A stretch of DNA of 64,000 nt from Callorhinchus milii (lineage: Eukaryota), in the NCBI RefSeq assembly GCF_018977255.1, contig NW_024704743.1, positions 50,098,001 to 50,162,000 of the forward strand. Reading direction: 5' to 3'. The notes below the pieces were generated by a model, which had not been told where the DNA came from, made no database searches, and worked only from the letters and a program-made list of their open reading frames with translations. Position 1 is the stretch's first letter, and every line of letters starts with the position of its first letter. Position numbers and translations under genes: made by a program. Positions 1 through 14,904 of this stretch are shown here, piece after piece.

Positions 1-355
1 ATCAGCTCGATCCTGTGCACGGTGGACCTGGGGAGACTGGCAAAGAGAGCAATTGAGAAGTCAAGTCGGGAGGTTGACGAACGCATGGTAAGTGTTTTGG
101 CTGCATCTGGGGTAACGTAGTGGGAGGTGGGCAATGTGGCGGAGGTGGAGGAAAGCGGTCCTGGTCAGGGACCAGATGTGGAGAAGGAAGGACTGCTGTG
201 GGTCAAACATGCCTAGATTGCACACTGGTTCGGTAAGTCTGAGGGATAGGCCAGGGAGGTTGAGACAGGATAGAAGACATTAGCAGGAGTCAATGAGTAT
301 AGCTTCTGTCTTGTCAACATTTAGATGTAGGAAGTTTTCGCTCATCCAGGCATTG
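1..355 (-). mobile_element. L2 LINE fragment
   Basis: Reverse complement resembles the L2 segment at ~36880-37190 (ENFLHLNVDKTEA; FLHLRHIAHL). Confidence 0.75.
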
Positions 356-1106
356 CTGGTTCAGATTTTGTGAAAAAAATCCAACCCAATATAATCAAAG
401 CGATTGAGTGCCCTCAGAACATTTGTGTCCAATATTGAGGCAACATGCCACACTGATTTGCAAGAACAGAATTATATCTATCAATGGACAATTGGCAGTC
501 GATTCTAGATGAAAATGAAAAACTGCTAGTTAGTTATTTTCACTGATGGCTGCATGTCAAACAACGTCTTAGAACTGTGGACAATGTGACAATTTGACTG
601 GTTCTTATTTGGCAAACAACAAGCTACCCTCTACGCACATGCATAAAGTGACATGCACAATGACTCACAAGTCACCAATTTTTAGCATAGAGGAAGCCAA
701 AATGGCCAACTTCTGGAGCAATAGGCCACTGCCATCACTTTGTGCATGTTATGTAGAAAGTGGCAATTTCAGTGCCCTTTTGTCTCTGAAATAGCCATTT
801 TGCTTTCCCCCCATACTAGTGAGCATTTTGAAGAGGCAATGGAGCACACACACATTTTGGACTTTTGAGTGAATGGCATGTCCATATTCCAACTGCACAA
901 TACACAAACCCATGTTCTATTGAAGCACTTTATAACATGGTTCTTACAGCATATATTCTTATCCTTGTATCTTTCTATAGATTGTCACAAAATTTTGCAT
1001 AATTAAACATTTCACAGAACTCATTCCAGAACGAGATTTTGCACAGTTTATGCGTGTCTGCCTGGAACCCTGAGCTTGGTTATGACTTTAAACAATTTTC
1101 ACATAC

Positions 1107-1153
1107 CTAGTTGGGAGATAGAGTCCTGTACTGAAACTTCCAAAAATCTGAAC
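1107..1153 (-). CDS. TENT4A: TENT4A coding exon 3 (nucleotidyltransferase GS motif)
   Basis: tttatag|GTT CAG ATT TTT GGA AGT TTC AGT ACA GGA CTC TAT CTC CCA ACT AG|gtatgt = VQIFGSFSTGLYLPT(S). 47 bp, too short for the ORF track. The remaining exons should lie beyond the window start. Confidence 0.95.
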
Positions 1154-2849
1154 CTATAAACATAAAAAAAGACAGGTGTATTATTCACTGAAACATATGA
1201 CTGGTACATAATTCATATTCTTCTGTTCGGGTGGTCCATTCTGTTGAGGGCCAGATGAAGGATTTGAGAAATGTCTGTGGGCCACGCAATCAATATTGTG
1301 CTCTAGTAGTATCGTAGAACTAAGCATTCTGGGTTGTTACACTGCGTGAGGAGCACGATATAAATGCAAGTTGTTGTTTTAAATTGTACAACTGCATTAC
1401 GTAATTTCACTATAGATTAGTTACAATGTAAGCTTTAAATAGGCAATGTAAAATGCATGCATATTTTAAAACAATAATATCAATAAAGTACATATATGCA
1501 AGAATAATCATTAAATCCAGAGAAAACTAAATGAAAGTAAAATACTTAAATTAATTCGAATGCACAGAATTTAATACCCCTAACAATGAATAAAGTTATG
1601 ATAATCTCAAATCAAATAATATGCAAGTTAATTTTTATGTATTAAAATCAAAATACAACATAACAACTCATCATATGAAGTCTATGGAATTGCCAGGCAT
1701 AGAGTACATGGTGTCACTCGGTCACGTGTCTTGGTAGCCTGGCACAGGGAGTGAGGAGGCGGTCACCGATTGGGGAGCACGGGGAGTGGAGGTCACAAAT
1801 ACTCAATTTGGGCACCCAGGTAGAGATTGAGGGCAGGGGGCATTGATAACAACAGTCCGGGCAATGGCCACCAGTGTCAAACCATTTCCTGAAAGAACAT
1901 TCCAACATTAATTTGAATTCAAAATCTTGGGAGAGCATGGCCTTGCTGAAAGTGAAAGATTAAAGGTTGAGGACAGCACCGGGCTTGGTGGTGATGCTCT
2001 CTGTGGTCGATGAATTCAACCTTGCCCAAAAAGAATGGTACATTCAACAAGTCAGAGAGCTAACAGCTCATGAGGAATCACCCAGCAAGAGTAACTTCCC
2101 TCACTAAAAATTAAAAATATAAAATGAACTGATTACCTGTATTAATAAAAACGGTATGGTGATGATAATGGGGAGGGGTTAGGGGATGACTTGCATTTAA
2201 ACAAAACTACCAGTCTTTACATTCACATTCAAGTGGCCTTCTTTCATATCCGCCACACATACACTTAGTTTAATTTAGCAATCAAGCAAAATGCAGTGCT
2301 TGTAAATTTCCAGTATTCCAACTTAGTCTTTAGGGAGTAGTTCGCTGCAAATAACAAATTATTGGCCTACCCATTTTAATCATTCTGGTCATTAGCTTTG
2401 CTCAAATTCAGACTAAAACAAGAACAAATTTTAGTTTGGTCCAGCTGAGGATCTGACATGTACAGAAGCCCATCAACATATTTAAGAATCTCTGACCAAA
2501 ACTACTGAAAATTCCACATAAATTATCTTTTGCATTTGATATTGTGCTTTTCATATCTGAAGTATGTCTCAAAACGCTTCATAGGATTTATATGTGTAAT
2601 GACTATTTTGTAGGTGAACACAAAAGGCAATTTATGCACAGGATATATTGCAAAGTTTAGTAAACGTATATTTTGTAGGGTTTTAGTTTGTTTGATGTGG
2701 AGTGCACATGCTTTCCAGAAGGAAACCATATCTACTTATTTATTCACAATAAAACATTTACTCAAGTCTTTTTATTCTCTGTGCCAAATATCTATTATTT
2801 AACTATATAATGTAACCTACACTTAAATACTGGCCCACACTTATAATTA

Positions 2850-3186
2850 CAGTGAAATTCTGTTAATTGAATACTCAATTTGACAGCGAAAATTATTCAA
2901 TAAAACAAACTATTGATATAAACCAGACTAAATGTAAGAGGAGACTCATCTCCCGGAGCTTGGACCCCACCGGAATCTGAAATGCTCCCCTCCACTGTAC
3001 TCAGATTAATTGGTTTTACACGAATGGTCACATGGAAAATTATTCAATAAACTGAATCATTCGTATATCCTGTATTCAATTAACTGATCTATATTCTTAG
3101 ATTAGGCATACAAATGGTTTGAGATTTCTAAATTCTATTCAATAAGCCATTCAATTATCCCATATTCAATTAAGTGAATTTCACCG
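2850..3186. mobile_element. Tc1/mariner (pogo/Tigger-like) MITE
   Basis: TA|CAGTGAAATTCTGTTAATTGAATA...TATTCAATTAAGTGAATTTCACCG|TA: 24-bp TIR (21/24 match), TA target duplication, several internal TATTCAAT(T/A)A repeats. Confidence 0.8.
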
Positions 3187-4012
3187 TAGTTGGGTACATT
3201 TAATGTTCTATCACATACATAATCCTTGCATTTGTTTAGAGTGTTGATGTGACGAAGCGCTATAAAGTGCCTGAGATTTTTCTGTAAAGTGAAGTGATTA
3301 TTTATAGACAAATGAAGCAGCCAATTTGCACACAACCACAAAGAAGCAAGGAATTGAAAACTTTTTTTGCACAATGATTGTTCCGCATGGGGATTGCTCT
3401 GGAACTCCATCCCATAATCCTTCCAACTCCCTCCCTGTATTCAAGGCCCAACCTTGACCAACCTTTTACCTATCTTTCCCTTCCCCACCCCTGCTGAGTT
3501 ACCCAGCCAGCAAGGTCAAGCAGTTTGAGATGTCTTCCTGACATGAAAGGTTCTACATAAATGTAAATTTTATTGTATTGTTACCCAAGAAAATGAGAGA
3601 AAATTCACTCTTTTTGAATTGTGCAATGCAATCTATAAGGTCCATCTGAACAGATAAGTGGACCTCAGTTTAACGTCTCAGTCAAAAATGGCACCTCTGA
3701 TGACTGAGCGCTGCATTGAAGTGTCAGAGCTCTAGATTATAAGCTCAAAGTCCTGATGTAGGGTTTGAATTCACAACCTTCCAATTTAAGAGTGCTACCA
3801 ACTCAATCAGGCTAAATCCTTGCAAATTTTACATGAAAACATTTTTTAAAAATGTATTATTTTGCACCCACAAAATAGTCAATCCATTTTTACAATATCT
3901 TCTATGAAGCGCTTTGAGATGTCTCAATGATGTGATAAAGCACTACATGAAATGCAAGAATTATTATTATTATACAGCAAATAGATCATTTGTATATGAC
4001 AGTATAGAGCTA

Positions 4013-4297
<285 letters not shown>

Positions 4298-6599
4298 TCA
4301 ATACAACTATTACTCTACAAATTGTTCATTTAGAAATAATGGATCAACTTTTTAAACTTAGTTCATCTGATATCATAGTTGGATGGTAATTGGCTAACAT
4401 CTGGCTCTACTCCTTAAAATGTATACAACATTGTGCTGAACACAGGCAAATTCTAAGAATTTACTCCTTGATGAGTCATGTGTATTACATTAGCCAGGTC
4501 CATAAGCTGCAGTATTTTACAAACCAAGATAGCAGCAAAGATTTTTGGCATCACTCCTGAATTAAAGTGTGCCTTGAGGTTGCTGAACATTCAACCCAGT
4601 GATCCTCAATTTCTTTGAGGCTTAATTTGTCTTTACAAAATTTCCAAGAAATATTGTCAACAAACCATCTCAGTTTCTAAACACTGCAGAGCTACAGTCT
4701 GGATCTACAAACATTTAGCAGCGATACATGAAAAAAACACCCAAAGTAAAAAATGTGTTGACAACTAATTTTTAAAGACAAATTGATTTTTTTCTTGCCT
4801 CCATATGACTGGATTGAAGGCACCATATCTGCATTGCAATCATTGGTTGTAGTGTATACAATCACTTCCACTACCAGCATTGTACTGCAATAGAAACTAA
4901 ATATAAATGCCTTACGGAAGCAAGTAATTCCCAACATCCTATTAAGGGAGTGCCTGAAGAGTCGTCTTCATTCTTTGAGAAGCTCACCCTCTACGTATAG
5001 GTGTGTTAATGGGCAAGAGAAAAAAAGTCAATCCTTCAACACAGGAATTTCTTAAAGAGGGAAAGAAAGTGTCCTCATGACATTTCTGATCCATGATGAA
5101 CCAATACCAATATGTGAAGGATGTGNAAAAAAAACAAATGCTGAATTAATATCCTAGCATGAACTGCAGCAAATATCCTATGTTAGAAAGATATGGCCAC
5201 CCTATTCTGAAACAAACAAACCACAACGGACAGTCATCTCTGAGCAAGAACAGACTTGAAGTAAATCCTACCATGTAAATAGTCAAGTTCGATTTGCCAG
5301 AAAATCTGACCTGATAGTGCCCCATTTTAACCTGTCCTTAAAAGACACCTCTACAATCAGAGACTGCACTTCTGTTTTCTGAAGATCTCCAGTTTACATT
5401 CACCTGATCCACATGCCTAACTAGGGCTTAGAGTGAATGGGAAGGAATATCACATAACAAGGAAAAAACAGCACTCCAGATCACACAATCTATCCAGATG
5501 AGGCAAAGGATCAAAGAAAAACAATTACAAACATTTGAAATCTCTGCAATGTATCAATTTCTACTCCAAAAAAGCTTCTCTGATAAATTCTGGATAAAAA
5601 TGGGATATCTACATTCATTACAAACCAATGCTCACAGATGACAGAATGAATATAGCAAAGCAGATCCTAATCACTTGGCTGTTTTCCAAATATCAACAGT
5701 AATGATGGTGCCATTGAACACACTTAATGCAGAATGTGTTTGTGGTTTAAAAAAAAATCTAATTCTGCACCTTTTAATTTTGTAGTATTGTCCAAGAATT
5801 TAATACTAGTTAGTTACCTAGATTTTTATCCATATTCTCCGGGCCCCATGTAATCCTCCCTTCTACCCAATCCAACCTTTGTACAACACTCTATCTGCAA
5901 ACCTTGGTGCATAACGTCATCCGCAAAACTTGTTTCCTCTCACTGGATTGTATAGATGTCAATTATACAGTTCACGAGGCACACATAGTGGAGATAATGC
6001 AAAATGTCACACTGGTACACTGGTGGGTCCTCTTCAGGGAGTGTAGCTGATGCATTTTCTTGCATTTGAATATAAACTTTATTTTGCACCCAGCCTGCGC
6101 TTCACTAACCCGAGTACACTTAATGCCTGAAATGGGAGTTTATTGCCTACCTTCAAACTCCCATCACTGTGATGAGCAACGAACATTAAAAAGAATTCCA
6201 AGTGAAACAATCCCCATTCAGGACCCATTCGGAAGAGTTCCATTTAAAAGATACCTATTGCCAACTGAAAGGATTGCTCTTAAGAGCAGCACATACACAA
6301 TGGGCCAAATGGCCTTCTTCTGTGCTGTAAATTTCTATGGTTGTATGGTTCTAAGCAGTACTTAATCAACAGTAATAAAAGACAACTTAACCCCTTCCAG
6401 TTAAGTCCACAGATGCTGCTTTATCCAACACTGAAAAACAATCAGACAAATCAGTGGAACACAAATTCAATCAATCAATCTGAAAACAATCTTTTGGGAA
6501 CTGTATTGCATTTAGTAAATAAGACATTATACACAATATGCTACTTGCATGGAAAAGACCAAGGCATTACATTTTGTATACCAATCCCCCAATATACAT

Positions 6600-7007
6600 C
6601 GAGACTAGGCATGTTCACAATGGAAAAACATTGAGGCAATATGATAGCAGTTTTTAAGATTCTAAGGGACTAAATAATGTAGACCATAATAAGCTGTTTA
6701 AGTTGTCCAGGACAGTAGAACCAGAGAACATGGCCTGCAATTTAAGGGGGGGGGGATTTAAAACAAATCTGCGGAAACACTGTTTCAGTGAGCGAACAGT
6801 AAATGTATGGAACAGATTCCCTAGGAAGACTGTGGAAGCAGAAAGTGTTGATTCTTTCAAAAGCAAATTAGATTGATTTCTTTTCAGAAATAATATCTTG
6901 TGATACAGTATATAGTTTGGGACATGCCAGGTGCATGTGACTGCTGGAATGGTGGAAGGTGAACTGGATGGACCTTGGTCTTTCATCTAGCAATTCTTAT
7001 GCTCTTA
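6600..7007 (+). mobile_element. CR1 3' fragment (separate CR1-type tail at 6280-6352)
   Basis: Decayed FKTNLRKHCFSERTVNVWNRFP..DSFKSKLD; ends attcttatgctctta. Confidence 0.78.
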
Positions 7008-8394
7008 AAGAGACTGCTATTCATAACATACCCATATTTTAAGGATATTGGAGTTCCAAATATTTCACAAAGAGGAACAAATGAAGATCGTAGCCTTCCA
7101 GAAAAAAAACAATTCTACTACCAATGCAATAGCCTAATTAAAAATACTGTCTGGAATTATTTTGTCAATCCATTAAATATTTTATACATATTACGTGTAT
7201 TGAGGTTCCTAACTGTGCACCTCTTTGCGATGCAGGAGACACCAGCTTAAAGTATTTTTTTGCTTATTGTTCTTCTACACGATTACTTGGGCTTGGACAG
7301 TCCTGATTCAGCACTGCAGAACAGCTTTCTGTGTTCCGAGTGAAGATTAGTTAGAGCCCTATACATTTTGATTTGACTGCTGGAAATTGAAATTCAAGTG
7401 ATTTTACAATTCGGCCCAGCATTCCATTTTCATGGCTTACTGCTGCCTTACAGAGTTTGGAAATGGTGAATGAGTCGAACACCCCAGGTCTCTGAACTTC
7501 CCTGTCAAGTTCTATCCCATTCGTGCGCGTCAACAGAGCAGCCAGCATTGGCAGAGAATCAGGTTGTGTATTCAACTTTTCACCACCACATGCCGTAGGG
7601 CGGAGAGGGGGTGGTCTTACCCCACCACCACCAAAAAAGGGAAAGCATGAAGTTAAAAATAATTTCAGTTGCTGAATGGGAGTAAAAAAAAAAGTTAATT
7701 AGTCCAGCAAGTTTGTACAAGCTCCACACCAAATTTCTCAGGATGTTTAAAATTCTATCCACAATCCGGCAACCAAAAGACCATTTTAGTTTGCAACAAA
7801 AAGGCATCTGTATACATAGCAGGATCTCCTGGACACTAACTAAAAACAGATGAATGAAGATTCTTAGCAAACAAACATCCTAACCAATATTTAATACTCA
7901 TACAGTATGGTATGTTTTAAGTGTATGACTACAATCTCAATTGGCTTAATGTGCAGGAGCATGCTGCATTTGAATTATTTGACTGCTATCCAGTTTTTTT
8001 TTCTTACAGTATTTTTTGTTTTCTGTTGAAGATGTGAGTTTAATAACGTGTGATGCCATTATTTTCACTAGAATCCACATTTTAGTCTGCATACGTTGTA
8101 CTGTATAATCTTAGGATTGTTAAGCCACACATTCAGTAATTTTAAAGAAATCCAACTGAAATAAAGATCTTGACTTAAAGCTTTCTATTTTCTGCTTTAA
8201 TGTTCAGGAACATTTTCACAATCTGAACAAAACAGGTTTCGCTAAACTTCAAATTCATCTGACCACTAAAATCATGTCTCACTATCTCTGATAATGATTT
8301 ATTTAACACATTTCCACTGTAAGACTTTTTTCCCCTTAATTGCTGCTACAGAATACAGTAACCAACACAGTAACAATTATGTGAGAGAAGATAT

Positions 8395-9410
8395 TCATAG
8401 GAACAGGAGTAGGCCTTTCAGTTCATCAAGCCTCTCCCACCATTACCATTTTCCAAGTTCATGGACAATCTGTAACTTTCTCCATAACATATCAAGATAT
8501 CCCTGTCTATCAAGTATTTATCTATTTCCCTATGAATTCTTCAATTGACCCTGCCTGCACTGCCTCAGGTGGGGACTGAGATGAAAGGGCCTATGACGAA
8601 ATGATGGAAAATCCCATTTTGTCAAAGGCTCTTGACACCAGGAATCATTCCAGTAAATTGACACAGTACACCCTCCAAGGTCAACATATCTTGCGTACGG
8701 TTTGATGCCCCAAACTGCCCACAATACTCCAAATGAGGTTTGACCAGCATTTTATACATCACGTTTTGATTTGTATTTCAGCTCCTCTGTGATAAATGCC
8801 AGCTTTGCATTGGCCTTCTGCACTTGTGCGCTACTTTTTAAAGATTTATGAACCTGAACACCAATATCTCTCTGCTGTTTAACCCCACTAATGTTTCTCC
8901 ATCAAGATTGTAGTTGAACTCGATATTCCTGGGTCCAAAATGAATTTCCCCTCTGTTTGGTACAGCTGCACCAAGCTCATCTTGATCTCCTCTAGGATTA
9001 AAGGACATGATCCCTAGCATTGGAGAAATAAGAATTCCTTGAAAAGCAAAAGTCAACTTCCCCCAAGACCTTAGTATCCTATTAAGGCCAGGTTTAATGT
9101 TCTATTGCTCCATTTAATTGTAACAATGCATCCTCCAATATAATCCACTTCGCAATTTGGTTCTTCAAAACCAAAAAACCTACGCAGTAGGTAGTGAGAA
9201 TGTGGAACTCACTGGCCAAAGCAGTGATTGGAGCATACAATTATAACTGAATTTAAGAGGAAGCTAGATATACACAAGGGATAAGGGAACAGAAGAGTAT
9301 GGGAGGGAATAAGGGTTGTGGATGGAGACTCATGTGGAGTATAAACAGTGTCAGATTGGTTGGGCTGAATTGGCTTGTTTCTATGCTATACAATCTTATG
9401 TACCCTGTCT
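8395..9410. mobile_element. Cluster of decayed CR1 fragments on both strands
   Basis: Reverse tail cataggaacaggagtaggcc at 8397; forward gtagtgagaatgtggaactcact...ttgggctgaattggc..tctatgct at 9190-9400. Confidence 0.6.
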
Positions 9411-9679
9411 ATTCTGACCTTCAAAGGTAAAGACTATGGTAAAAACTAATCATTTCTTCAACTTGTGTCCTGCCTATCATAGTCTTAAATATAAAGAAGG
9501 TACATATATGGAATGGTTCCTATCATTACAATTTCCACCATCTCAGATTCACTAAAAGATCAAATCTGCTTTTAGTCCCAAATACAACATAATAACTTGC
9601 ACCTTTTACATAAGGATAACAATCTCAAGAGTGCTTAAATTCTGCAGAGTTAATCCTACAGAAACTTAAAAGCACTGTT

Positions 9680-10078
9680 CAGGTCGTGGGTTCAAGCCTC
9701 ACATGGGGACAGAATGCTGACACGCCAGTGCAGTGCTGGGGATGTGCTCCATTGTCAGAGGTGCCATCCTTTGGATGAGATGTTAAACCGAGGTCCCTTC
9801 TAGCTGTAATAGGATCTTTTAACTATGGAAGTTAAAAGATCCTATTACACTATTCATAAAGAGAAGGAAGTTTCTCACGGTGTCCTGGCTAACAACCCCC
9901 ACCTCCCCACCCCCCCAAAATAAAATTGGTCACTCACTCCATTGTTGTTTGTGGGACGTTGCTGTGCACATATTGGCTGCTGCGTTCATCCACAAAATAC
10001 TGTCGCACCATTTTATATTATATTCTGTGAAGCGCTTTGAGGCGTTTCAATGAGATAAGGCACTTTCTCAAATACAAC
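9680..10078 (+). mobile_element. Older long Deu-domain SINE (SacSINE1-like)
   Basis: gtgggttcaagcc...gaggtgccatcctttggatgagatgttaaaccgaggtccc...gtgtcctggc...tttgtgggac. Related copies at 34218-34598 (+), 44715-45015 (+), 61170-61550 (-), 17712-18050 (-), 13325-13611 (-), 3590-3810 (-), 15520-15780 (-). Confidence 0.75.
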
Positions 10079-13000
10079 AGCATTCTCAACCATAGTAAGT
10101 ACCATTATTTACTTGACCAATATTTGGCACGTACATTTATCAATATCTTATTCAATTTTAATTCCCAATTAGTTTCTCTTACTCTGAGCCCCTGAAAGTT
10201 CAAATACATTTGAACCTAAAAGTTGGGGTAGTCGCTAAGCAATGACAAAATTACATTTGTATAGCGTCTTTCACATCAGGAGGACGTCCTAAGGCGCTAG
10301 AGACAGATAATGGTACATATCTGTTGAAGGTCCAAGCTTAAAGGACAAAGTAGCCTTTACTCACTTATGCATTTTACTCCATGTAAAAAAAGCAAGTAGT
10401 TTTAGAAGCACTTGTAATTGTTAATAAACTATATGCCTGCATTCACCGCAATTCCAAGTACTTTCGTCACCCATTCAGGAATCATGGCGTTAATCCATTT
10501 TATGTGACCACCCAGCTCCATCAGGGTGAAACAATAGATTCAGTAGAATGCATTGTCAAAAAATTGGGTCAAACTGCAAACAAGTACTTGACTGGTTTCA
10601 GCCTGCATAGCATATACAAGTGTAAAATCAAATGGTAGCTCAGGGAAAATGTTTGAATACCCAAACGTGATAAACATTTGATTAGCTTTACATGGCAAAA
10701 TATCTTCATTTTTTCTTTCAGAAACACTAAAATGGCATTCTACTTGAATAACATCATGAGCACTAAAAATTGAACTGCAGGTTTAACTGTCTATTTCACC
10801 GAGCTTGTCCTTATCAACACTAAATAGGTTGGAAAGTTGTCCTTGGGTCACTCACATTTCTAAGCAGCGAGTCAGGAAGCTGACAGATCAAAAATCTACA
10901 AACACAGTTGATATCTTTTAAGGCCACACAAGTACACACATGTAATAACCATTAGACCATTACCATACACATTATGTTCGGCTCCGAATAGGCAGATGGG
11001 ACCTCAGGCTTATCTGAAGGACGATACTTCTAACAATACAATGCTCCCCCAGCACTCCACTGGATGTCAGGCTGGACAGGATGGTCAGCTCACAGGCCAC
11101 ATCCAGCCCAGGGAATGATTTCATCCAGCGCCCAAATTATTTCCAACTTCATTGTCCAACAAGCAAATACAGGTCACACGCAGGCTCCAAGTCAATCAGA
11201 AGATGGTTACTGGTGGCTCAGGCTTTGCCAGCAACAGAACTGGTCAGTCAGTGGCTGGTCACTGAGGAGGACTTGGGCTCATCGCTATGCTTGGTAAAAT
11301 ATGAAAATTTCTCATGTATCTCAGCAGTTTTGTAAGGTTGGTAGCTCTGTACTCTCATTAGAGTTTCTGAATGCTGACACCTCGTCATTGGCTGTCTTCG
11401 GGGATTCCCTCGCCTAATTATTCTATTAGTCATATTCACCCTTGTGAACTTAACTCCATGGTGGACAGTTAGAAACAGCTAGTGTGTTACTGGGATATGA
11501 CAAGTGTATACCCTAATGGTATATATTTTAATAAATTACTTAAAATCAACATTGCCATTTTGCATTGCACCTAAAATAGTGAAATTAACTAATAATTACA
11601 CAATTTAAAATATTGGATTTGTATGTAATTCTTACGGGTTACATTTCTGGAAAGGAAACACAAAAATATTGCTTATATGGACCATAGCCATTTCTCAAAT
11701 CCAGCATCCGGTCCTCAGCAGTAAAAGATTGGACCACTATTCTGGCTCAGACTATCAACTCGAAGCCCAGATGTTAGGCTTGAACTACAACCTTCTGACT
11801 CAGAGGCAAGAGTAGTACCAACTGAGCTAGACTGACTCCTATAGCATTAAAATAGAGAAGGGAGTTCCTCCCAGTGTCTGAGCCAACAATCCCCCAAATA
11901 AAATTGGTCCTTCACTACATGGTTGTTTGTAGGACACTGCAGTGCACAAATTAGTTGCACCTTTGCTTACATAATACGTTCACTACTTTTTTACAGTGAA
12001 TCCTACGAAGCAGACATCTTCCCAATGTGAAAGGCACCAAATGAAGTGCATAGATTGTTATTTTATTTAACTACTCAAGACAGCATCAATATTGTGGACT
12101 ATAATGCAAATTTTGAGAAACAGATGTATTACATTAATTGCAACTTTGGCCTGCAAATAATGGAATGCAAGATTTGTAAATTACATTTTGCGCCAGTGTT
12201 TGCTGGCTAAGGATTCATGATTTGTCAAATTTATAATCTGACATGAACCAGAAATTCCAATAACATCAACAAACCCAGTTTGTGAATATTGCATTTTAGA
12301 TTCCAATAACTGCACCTTCAGATGTCCATGAACTGGAAACCCACCGATTTATTTTTTGGGAGGGGTCAAAGTGAAAATATTTGGGATTGTTGCCCATAAT
12401 TGTTTTAAAAGCTGCTTTTCACTTATATTGGAAACTTTTCAGGATAAACAAAATGTGTTGAGATATTATTGGGTGAGCAAAACACTCAATAAAATTGTAT
12501 TCAATGTTTGTCCTCAAAAATTATTTGATTATTTTTATTTCCTGTTGCACAAACAGGGTAGGTTGATAACGTCACTAACATTTATGACAATGTTTTAATA
12601 TTTGGATTATGTGGATTCCAATTGGAGTCAAAGCATTCTAACAATCAGCCTGCAAAACAGAAAAAGCAAACAATTGCATGGAGTTAAAAAGGATTATTAC
12701 GCACCTAAAGTTCACTTTCAAAATTCAAGGGATAATGGTTTACCTTATACCCAGAACTATAGTGAATATCTTTCATTATGCTCTTGCACACATACTAAAA
12801 GATAGAAAACACTGATGGAAACTGGTTCTGCACACAGCATTTCCCTGTAGCAATGAATTACGCAAATGTGCTCCAAAATTCATGTGCATTCACTTTCACA
12901 TTCCAGAAGCTCATGCTTAATATTACAAGCAATATTTTCATTGGCGCCATGTAGGTTGCAGCTCATGCTTCACAACATTGATCCATTGCTGAAGCCACCC

Positions 13001-14904
13001 ACCAACATCACTTAGTGAAGAAATTGTAAAAAAAACAAATTTGACAATTTAAATTGATCATGTCCAGGGTTTCTGTACAATGAAGAAGGTAAGGGAGGGG
13101 GTGAGGCGGAGGGCCTGCAGGATGGAGCTCCAAAGGGTGGGAGAGAGTGGCAGAAGGCCCACCCGCCAATGGTGGGATGAGTGAGGCGGGTGACGTGAAG
13201 CAGGCCACAGCTCGCTGAGCGAAGGGAGTGGGCAGGATGTAGGGGGTTAGGAGGTCCCAGAGGTAGGGGGGGAGCAAGACCATGGAGGGCTTTGAAGACG
13301 AGGACCAGGATCTTGAACGGAATGCAGCAGCCCATTCGTGAACAGCGATGTCCCACAAATGACCAATTTTATCTGAACGATTGTTGGCCAGAACCCAAGA
13401 GAAATTCACTCCTTGTTTCGAGTAGTCCTATGAGATCTCAACATCCACCTGAATAATCAGACAGTACCTTGAATTAAAGTTTCACTTGTGCATCTCTGAC
13501 AATACAAAACTCCTACCCTTAGAACTGCTTTGGAGTGTCGGCCTGGGCTACATAAGGCTTGAACCCACAACTTTCTGACTCAGAGGCAAGAGTCAGAAGG
13601 TTGTGGGTTCAGTAACAGGAAATGTGCATCCTCCATTGATGGGATAGAAGATGCTAAGGCAAAAGATGAAATATCTAGGGGTGTTAGATGACTCATTGCT
13701 CACCTTGTCAAAAAGTGTGAAGCAGCAAACAACAGGATACCAAGCTATATTTGCAAAAATAGTTAAGATGGCCGTACTTCACACTCATGATTAAATAATG
13801 CTCTGGTAAGGCCTCCCGATAGTACTGCATACTGAAGCTCTGGTCACTAAGACATAAGGTGGCTGCACAGGCCCCAGAGATGGTGCAGAAGAAAGCAGTG
13901 AGGATGATCCCCAGTGTTTGAGGAAAAATGATGCTCAACAATTAAACCTGTTATGGCTATTTCAGTCTTGAAAAGACATCTCATAGGTGACTTTATAAAT
14001 ATAAAAGTTTAGGATGCACCAAGACAGTAGAACAAGTAACAGGTTTAGAGTTGCAAATGATAAATTTAAGGCAAATTATGTTTTTTTTAAAAATCAATGC
14101 CTTGAACAGATTGCTAGGAAGATGGTCGAGGTCAGGACATTGTACTCATGATGCTGTGATGGGAAGGTAGTTGGAGGGGTATTCTGGAAGGTAGAAGATA
14201 AAAAGGGGAAAAGGGCGTTCTTCATCCAAAAATGATCTCGTCACATACACATTACCTAAAAAAAACAATGTTAAAGTTTTGAAAGCATTAAAAAGATGGA
14301 ATCTAAACAAGGGAAGTTAAATGGGATTGACTGAATTACTTTTTGAAAAGAAAATTATGTATTGACCAGGAGTGAGAAGCTGAAAATTTGGAAGATAAGC
14401 TAACACTTTGAAATTGGATACGTATTTTAAATTATTATAGCATCATGCAAAATATTAAGAATAAACTGGATGTGAAAACAGTCGGTTCATTTAGGATCAG
14501 TGGCGATATAATAATCATCTGAAATCCAGTGCTTAGCGACATCCTCCTGACGTGAAAGTCGTTAATACAAATGTAACTTTGCATTCTATTAAAGACAAAG
14601 CTTTGCACTTGAATTAAAATAACTATACAAAATCAGAACTTTAGTAGGAGATACAGCCCTTAAAAGTTTTAAGATTCCAGGAATACAATGCCTAAACACA
14701 ATACTCTAATGTAATATTTTTAGACTATACAGAAAAACACCTGGTTTGCATTGCTAACAACCCCAAAGAGCACTTAATTTGTTACAAAAAAAGGTACTGA
14801 CTTTGTGTGTGTGTATACATAGTTGAAATTTAATTAACATTTTTGTGTAGTTGGAAGACCCTCCTCCCACTGATGTAGAAATTTGAGATAATAGGTTGCG
14901 GCAG

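Noticed and set aside
1220..1985. hAT-type MITE suggested by gagggccagatg/gtgggccac and ggttgaggacagc
   Set aside because: Could not define matching TIRs or an 8-bp target duplication.
6160..6240. C/D box snoRNA suggested by GTGATGA
   Set aside because: No matching D box with a terminal stem could be identified.
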